Source of the DNA: Bacteroidia bacterium
GTDB taxonomy: Bacteria; Bacteroidota; Bacteroidia; NS11-12g; UBA9320
NCBI GenBank assembly: GCA_018402155.1
Contig: JAGYJG010000001.1
Location: 108,635 to 172,634, forward strand
Direction of reading: 5' to 3'
DNA: 64,000 nt
The position numbers and the translations under genes were made by a program. Below, in pieces: positions 58,992-64,000 of this stretch (the first letter of the stretch is position 1; every line of letters starts with the position of its first letter). Below the pieces are notes generated by a model that saw nothing but the letters and a program-made list of their open reading frames with translations, was not told the origin of the DNA and ran no database searches.

Positions 58992-60260
58992 ATGCCTTAC
59001 AAAAAAACATTTCTAATATTGATTACACTAGCAAGCACGGCGCTAGTGGTGCGTGCAGACAAATTGCTAGTGCCAATGGATGCATCGCAAAAAAATCATC
59101 TTAAAGCATATGGTATAGCTTACTGGGTGCTAGAAAAAGAAGTAGAAGTAGAGTGGCTGCTCAATTACAAAGGAGGTAGTTTTTTGATGGATGCGTATGA
59201 AAACATAGAAAAAGAATGCCTTCTTAGAGGCGTTTCTTATACCACCATAAGTGAGGTGAAGGCTAACAGTATAAAAAATGAATTGGCAAGTCCTGTAGTA
59301 AATGCCGATGTGGTAAAACTGCTCAAAGTCCCCAAAATAGCTGTATATTCGCCTAAAACTGCCCAGCCTTGGGATGATGCAGTGACCTTAGTACTCACCT
59401 ATGCCGAAATCCCTTATGATGTGATATTTGACGATGAGGTTTTGGATGGTAAACTTCCAACGTATGATTGGCTTCATCTGCATCACGAGGATTTTACAGG
59501 GCAATATGGCAAGTTTTTTGCAAGTTTTCGTAATGCGCCTTGGTATCAAAAGCAAGTAGCCGAAGCTGAAGAGATGGCTCGCAAACATGGGTTCAACAAA
59601 GTGAGTGAACTTAAACTTGCAGTTACCAAAAAAATAAGAGATTTTACTGTTGGTGGTGGATTTCTCTTTGCTATGTGTAGCGCCACTGACAGCTATGATA
59701 TAGCTATGGCTGCAGATGGCGTAGATATTTGTGAAAGGATGTTTGATGGCGATGGTATACAGCCTGGGGCGCAGGCTGCTTTGGACTATAACAAGTCTTT
59801 TGCTTTTCACAATTTTCAAATAGAAATGAACCCTATGCGCTATGAAGTGAGCAGTATAGATGTAGATCCAAGTACACGGAGAGTACGGGAAGAAAATGAT
59901 CTTTTTGCCTTAAATGAATTTAGTGCTAAATGGGATGTTATACCCACCATTCTCACCCAAAACCACGAGCGCATTATTAAGGCGTTTATGGGCCAAACTA
60001 CCGCGTTCAAAAAAGAACTTGTAAAAAGTACAGTAATCATAATGGGAGAAAATAAAAGCCTGAATGAAGCGCGATATATCCATGGAACTTTTGGTAAAGG
60101 GCAATTTACTTTTTATGGCGGTCACGACCCCGAAGACTACCAGCATATGGTAGGAGAACCACCCACAGATTTGGCGTTGCACCCCAATTCCCCAGGCTAC
60201 AGACTAATACTCAACAATATTCTATTCCCAAGTGTGAAAAAGAAAAAGCAGAAAACCTAA
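58992..60260 (+). CDS. Conserved secreted hypothetical protein, possible class I glutamine-amidotransferase-like fold
   Basis: Signal peptide. GGGFLFAMCSATDSYD resembles a GATase1/DJ-1 nucleophile elbow. Lys-rich C-terminal tail. Confidence 0.45.
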   Translation: MPYKKTFLILITLASTALVVRADKLLVPMDASQKNHLKAYGIAYWVLEKEVEVEWLLNYKGGSFLMDAYENIEKECLLRGVSYTTISEVKANSIKNELASPVVNADVVKLLKVPKIAVYSPKTAQPWDDAVTLVLTYAEIPYDVIFDDEVLDGKLPTYDWLHLHHEDFTGQYGKFFASFRNAPWYQKQVAEAEEMARKHGFNKVSELKLAVTKKIRDFTVGGGFLFAMCSATDSYDIAMAADGVDICERMFDGDGIQPGAQAALDYNKSFAFHNFQIEMNPMRYEVSSIDVDPSTRRVREENDLFALNEFSAKWDVIPTILTQNHERIIKAFMGQTTAFKKELVKSTVIIMGENKSLNEARYIHGTFGKGQFTFYGGHDPEDYQHMVGEPPTDLALHPNSPGYRLILNNILFPSVKKKKQKT

Positions 60261-60419
60261 GATCCTAGCTCTTCCATTAACGTTATTTTTTTTACTAACA
60301 TAATAGAAAAATTGTTACCTCAGAATTTTAGGTTTTTTGGGTATTACATGGCAGTGTCAAAAACAAAATTACACGCCATAAGTTATTGATTTACTAGCAG
60401 TCAGTTTTTAAAAAAGAAT

Positions 60420-60427
60420 TACCTTTG
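60420..60427 (+). promoter_or_regulatory. Bacteroidota -7 box TACCTTTG upstream of ccmC
   Basis: Exact TAnnTTTG. It overlaps the TTG at 60425 used by the ORF track and ends 15 nt before the ATG at 60443. Confidence 0.35.
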
Positions 60428-60442
60428 TTAGCGTTTGAAGAA

Positions 60443-61111
60443 ATGAGAAAATCGTGGTGGAAAATACTCTCTGTGGTGTGCATAGTCTACGCCATAATTG
60501 GTGGCCTGCTAATGCCCGCTCCCGATGATATAGGGATACTCGCCAAAACCATACGCAATCTGCATTTTCATGTCCCCATGTGGTTTACTATGATAGTCCT
60601 CTTAGTTGTGTCTTATATATATGGCATAAAATTTTTGTCTAGTAATAATCTCGCACATGATACTATGAGCAGCAGCTTTGTTAAAGTGTCAATGCTTTTC
60701 GGACTTATGGGGTTGGCCACTGGCTCGTTTTGGGCACGATTTACGTGGGGAACTTGGTGGATAGAAGATGCCAAATTAAATGGTGCAGCTATTGGAATGC
60801 TTATATATATAGCCTATTACATCCTGCGAAATAGTATAGAAGATGAGGTTAAACGGGGAAAGTTTTCTTCTGTATATAATCTATTTGCTTTTCCTCTTTA
60901 TATAGTCCTTATAATAGTTATACCACGCTTGGCAGAAACTAGCCTGCATCCAGCTAGTGGAGATACTATTGGGTTTAGTAGTCTAGATTTAGATAATAAC
61001 CTGCGTAAGGTGTTCTATTTAGCCACAGTAGGTTGGATTTTGCTTGGGGTTTGGATTGCAACCCTTAAATACAGATTGATAGAATTGATAAGAAAAAATG
61101 AGAAAATATAG
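60443..61111 (+). CDS. ccmC: Heme exporter protein CcmC (System I cytochrome c maturation)
   Basis: Polytopic protein with the Trp-rich heme-handling motif WARFTWGTWWIEDAKLNG (WGxxWxWD-like) and flanking His residues. Confidence 0.8.
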   Translation: MRKSWWKILSVVCIVYAIIGGLLMPAPDDIGILAKTIRNLHFHVPMWFTMIVLLVVSYIYGIKFLSSNNLAHDTMSSSFVKVSMLFGLMGLATGSFWARFTWGTWWIEDAKLNGAAIGMLIYIAYYILRNSIEDEVKRGKFSSVYNLFAFPLYIVLIIVIPRLAETSLHPASGDTIGFSSLDLDNNLRKVFYLATVGWILLGVWIATLKYRLIELIRKNEKI

Positions 61112-61292
61112 TATAATACTGTTATTTGTAGCATTATCTGCCATAGCCCAAACTCCTGTAGATGATTTGCTTTACCAAAGTGGTAAAATTTACGTAGTGG
61201 TTTCTATACTGGTAATCATTTTCGCCTTTTTGGCGGCATATTTAGTAAGATTAGAGAAGAAGATAACAGAATTAGAGAAGAAAACGAAATGA
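61098..61292 (+). CDS. ccmD: CcmD-like small membrane protein
   Basis: 64 aa. Single TM (IYVVVSILVIIFAFLAAYLV) followed by a charged tail. Sits between ccmC and ccmE with overlaps on both sides. Confidence 0.6.
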   Translation: MRKYSIILLFVALSAIAQTPVDDLLYQSGKIYVVVSILVIIFAFLAAYLVRLEKKITELEKKTK

Positions 61293-61693
61293 AACCTAAA
61301 GTAATTGTATTATTGGTACTACTAGCTGTGGCCATAGCTGGAATAATGAGCACATACTCTGGAGCTCAGAAAAGCTCGACGTTTTCTGAGGCAACAGAAA
61401 ATCCCGGGGAAACCTTTCATATCACGGGCTTTTTGGTGAAAGATAAGCCTATGGAGTACGATCCCGTGAAAGATGCTAATTATTTTTCTTTTTATCTTAA
61501 AGATAAAGAAGGGAATATAAGAAAAGTTGTATCTACCGAACCCAAACAACAAGATTTTGAACGTGCAGAATCTGTAAATATGTATGGTCACGTAGATGGT
61601 GATATTTTTAGGGCTACAAAAGTGATACCCAAATGTCCGTCTAAATATAAGGATGAGCAAAACAATGCAAGTGCTCAAGCTTCTCAACTCTAA
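61289..61693 (+). CDS. ccmE: Cytochrome c maturation heme chaperone CcmE (CxxxY variant)
   Basis: N-terminal TM anchor, OB-fold-like body (FHITGFLV...), and a C-terminal KCPSKY where E. coli has KHDENY. Confidence 0.85.
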   Translation: MKPKVIVLLVLLAVAIAGIMSTYSGAQKSSTFSEATENPGETFHITGFLVKDKPMEYDPVKDANYFSFYLKDKEGNIRKVVSTEPKQQDFERAESVNMYGHVDGDIFRATKVIPKCPSKYKDEQNNASAQASQL

Positions 61694-61696
61694 TAA

Positions 61697-64000
61697 ATGG
61701 AAAAAATAACCTACGTAGGTGAGAACCTATTTATCGGAAATCTAGGACACTTTTTTGTAGTTCTGTCCTTTATAAGTGCCATTCTTAGCGTCATTTTTTA
61801 TTCCAAAGCTAAAGAAGATAGAGGCCCTGATGTGGCTCTCGGTCGTTTGTTTTACAGCATACACGCTGTAGCTGTATTGGGCATATTTGTTACCCTGTTT
61901 TTTATAATTCAACAGCATCTTTTTGAGTACGCATATGCCTACGAGCACAGCAGTAAAACACTGCCCTTACGCTACATGATTTCCTGCTTTTGGGAAGGAC
62001 AAGAGGGAAGCTTCTTGCTGTGGATGGTATGGAATGCACTACTCGGGGTGCTACTTATTTTCACAGCCAAGCGCTGGGAGCGCGGTGTAGTTGCCATTAT
62101 GGCGCTGTCCCAAGTAGTTCTCTCAGCAATGTTGTTGGGGATTAATGTGCTTGATATTTATACACTAGGCAGTAGCCCTTTTGAACTTCTAAGAGACAAG
62201 ATGCAAGCGCCTATTTTTTCTCTGCCCAACTATCTAGAAAATGTAGTGGACGGCACTGGGCTCAATCCACTGTTACAAAACTACTGGATGGTCATTCACC
62301 CTCCAACATTATTCTTAGGTTTTGCTTTAACTATTGTCCCTTTTGCTTTTGCCGTTACCTCCCTATTTCAAAAAGAATATCGAGCGTGGATAAAACCTGC
62401 TTTACCGTGGGCCCTTGCCGGAGGTATGATATTGGGTGCGGGGATTATTATGGGTGGATTTTGGGCTTACGAATCACTTAGTTTTGGCGGATATTGGGCA
62501 TGGGATCCTGTAGAAAATGCCTCACTCGTCCCTTGGCTATTACTCATCAGCGGTATACACCTTATGCTTATCAAAAAAGTAACCAACGGCTCTACTATAG
62601 CAGCATATACCTTAGTTATTAGCTCATATATTATGGTACTATATGCCACCTTCCTCACGCGTAGCGGAGTACTCGGAGATACATCTGTACATTCCTTTAC
62701 AGACTTAGGTCTCGCTGGCCAGTTGATGCAGTTTGTGGTACTATTTATTTGGCTGCCCATAGTAGCAGTTACTCAAGGGGCAAGAAAGAGATGGTACATC
62801 ATTATACCCATTAGTATCTTAGTATTGCTCCTACCTTTTTATACGAAACTTAGTTTTTACCCACTGTTAGTTCTCTCTTTACTAGGCATAGCTTGGTTTG
62901 TGCTTAATATCAATAAAAATTTGTCAACCAATGCGAGTGATGATAACGTAGGCAGCCGTGAGTTTTGGATGTTTATTGGCTCGTTGATGCTTGTATTGAG
63001 TGCGGTGCAGGTACTTGTAGGTACATCAAAACCAGTATTTAATAAGATTTTTGGGACGGCTATGGTGCCGCCAGAAGATGTGATAGGGTATTATAATATG
63101 TATCAAATGCCTATTGCCATTGTTATCGCTATTCTGATGGCAATGACTCAGTTTTTTAGGTACAAAAACACACCTGACAAAGGTAAATTAGCCAGAGAAA
63201 TTTTGATTACTGCGGGAATATCAGTTATACTAACTATAGGTGGTATATTCCTTTTTGGTATAAGTAATCCGCTATATGTAGTATTTATGTTGGCGGGTAT
63301 TTATGCTTTTTTTGCTAATTTAGCTTACCTTGTACTTTATGTCAGAAAGGTTAAACTATCTGGTGCGTCAATTGCTCATATGGGTTTTGGCCTTATGCTG
63401 CTCGGAGTACTCGTAAGTAGTGCAAAAAAACAAGTTATTACTGCTGATTTTAGTGGGCAAATGGGAAATTTTGATGAACGAGCACGTAGAGAAAATATGC
63501 TGCTAATTAAAGATGAACCTACACGACTAGGAGATTTTATGGTCACCTACCAAGGGGACAGTACAAGTGGCGAAGACATCTATTTCAAAGTCAATTATAA
63601 AAGCTTAGACGGTAAAGAAGAGTTTACATTAATGCCAAACACACAAATAAACGAGGATATGGGGGGTATTTTACCTAATCCAGATACCAGACATTATCTG
63701 ACTTACGACGTTTATACCCACATCACTTCGCTACCCAAACCCCTTACAGATAGTATAGATTGGCAAAATGTAAAAGAATATACTGTGAACAAAGGAGACA
63801 GTATAGTGACCAATAATGGTACAGTGTTTTTTACCGGAGTAGAACAAGGTGACGGCAAGTCTATAGGACTTAAAAATACCACGCTAGCCAAAGCGTTACT
63901 TCAAATAAAAACCGGAAAATCTATGATAGAAGCTGCACCTATTTTTGGTATAAATGCCAACACGTATTTTAGTATACGAGAGGAGGTAGCTGAGGCGGGG
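61697..64000 (+). CDS. ccmF: Cytochrome c-type biogenesis protein CcmF (heme lyase component); the 3' end runs off the window
   Basis: Not in the ORF track because no stop is reached. I spot-translated the start and roughly the last 1.5 kb (from about 62462) by hand and found that part open through 64000 (768 codons for the full span); the stretch in between was not translated. FWEGQEGSFLLW, the Trp-rich motif FGGYWAWDPVENASLVPWL, SREFWMF and IAHMGFG are present. Confidence 0.88.
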   Translation, partial: MEKITYVGENLFIGNLGHFFVVLSFISAILSVIFYSKAKEDRGPDVALGRLFYSIHAVAVLGIFVTLFFIIQQHLFEYAYAYEHSSKTLPLRYMISCFWEGQEGSFLLWMVWNALLGVLLIFTAKRWERGVVAIMALSQVVLSAMLLGINVLDIYTLGSSPFELLRDKMQAPIFSLPNYLENVVDGTGLNPLLQNYWMVIHPPTLFLGFALTIVPFAFAVTSLFQKEYRAWIKPALPWALAGGMILGAGIIMGGFWAYESLSFGGYWAWDPVENASLVPWLLLISGIHLMLIKKVTNGSTIAAYTLVISSYIMVLYATFLTRSGVLGDTSVHSFTDLGLAGQLMQFVVLFIWLPIVAVTQGARKRWYIIIPISILVLLLPFYTKLSFYPLLVLSLLGIAWFVLNINKNLSTNASDDNVGSREFWMFIGSLMLVLSAVQVLVGTSKPVFNKIFGTAMVPPEDVIGYYNMYQMPIAIVIAILMAMTQFFRYKNTPDKGKLAREILITAGISVILTIGGIFLFGISNPLYVVFMLAGIYAFFANLAYLVLYVRKVKLSGASIAHMGFGLMLLGVLVSSAKKQVITADFSGQMGNFDERARRENMLLIKDEPTRLGDFMVTYQGDSTSGEDIYFKVNYKSLDGKEEFTLMPNTQINEDMGGILPNPDTRHYLTYDVYTHITSLPKPLTDSIDWQNVKEYTVNKGDSIVTNNGTVFFTGVEQGDGKSIGLKNTTLAKALLQIKTGKSMIEAAPIFGINANTYFSIREEVAEAG

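Noticed and set aside
1-64000. Search for CRISPR arrays, IS elements or transposases, integrases, phage genes, toxin-antitoxin pairs, restriction-modification systems or other known defence systems
   Set aside because: I saw no repeat-spacer periodicity, no DDE, tyrosine or serine recombinase motifs, and no defence-type ATPase, nuclease or methyltransferase genes. Every large ORF has a housekeeping or envelope assignment, and composition looks uniform by eye.

Overview
This window reads as ordinary chromosomal backbone from a Bacteroidota bacterium, roughly 38% GC by eye. Support for that phylum: a T9SS C-terminal sorting domain, a PorV/PorQ-family barrel, DUF1573, a MurF-Alr fusion, TAnnTTTG -7 promoter boxes, A-rich leaders without Shine-Dalgarno sequences, and many 4-14 nt start/stop overlaps. 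I call about 55 protein genes and one tRNA-Arg(CCT).

The genes are mostly housekeeping:
- Methylmalonyl-CoA mutase and its MeaB chaperone.
- Cell wall and envelope genes (MurF-Alr, LpxK, TamB).
- Fatty-acid synthesis (acpP-fabF-rnc).
- Central metabolism (ald, maeB, pyk).
- Menaquinone genes (menA, menC).
- gltX, uvrC, tsaD, rsmA, mgtE, crcB.
- A System I cytochrome c maturation cluster, ccmC-D-E-F, which runs off the 3' end. The first gene, a desaturase, runs off the 5' end.

I found no transposase, integrase, phage genes, CRISPR array, rRNA or recognisable defence island, and no compelling novel multi-gene system.

The observations most worth a second look are:
- A translationally coupled PorV/PorQ-like barrel and NHL-propeller lipoprotein pair.
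- A CcmE carrying CxxxY instead of HxxxY.
- A single-chain MutA-remnant::MutB mutase whose MeaB chaperone is coupled to murF-alr instead.
- A GH3(NagZ)-beta-lactamase-fold fusion.
- A cargo-less T9SS CTD mini-protein.
- A secreted 422-aa amidotransferase-like protein ahead of the ccm genes.
- An unlisted 54-aa Pmp3/YqaE ORF.
- An 18-bp perfect hairpin after ald.

All family assignments come from motif recognition by eye. No searches were run.
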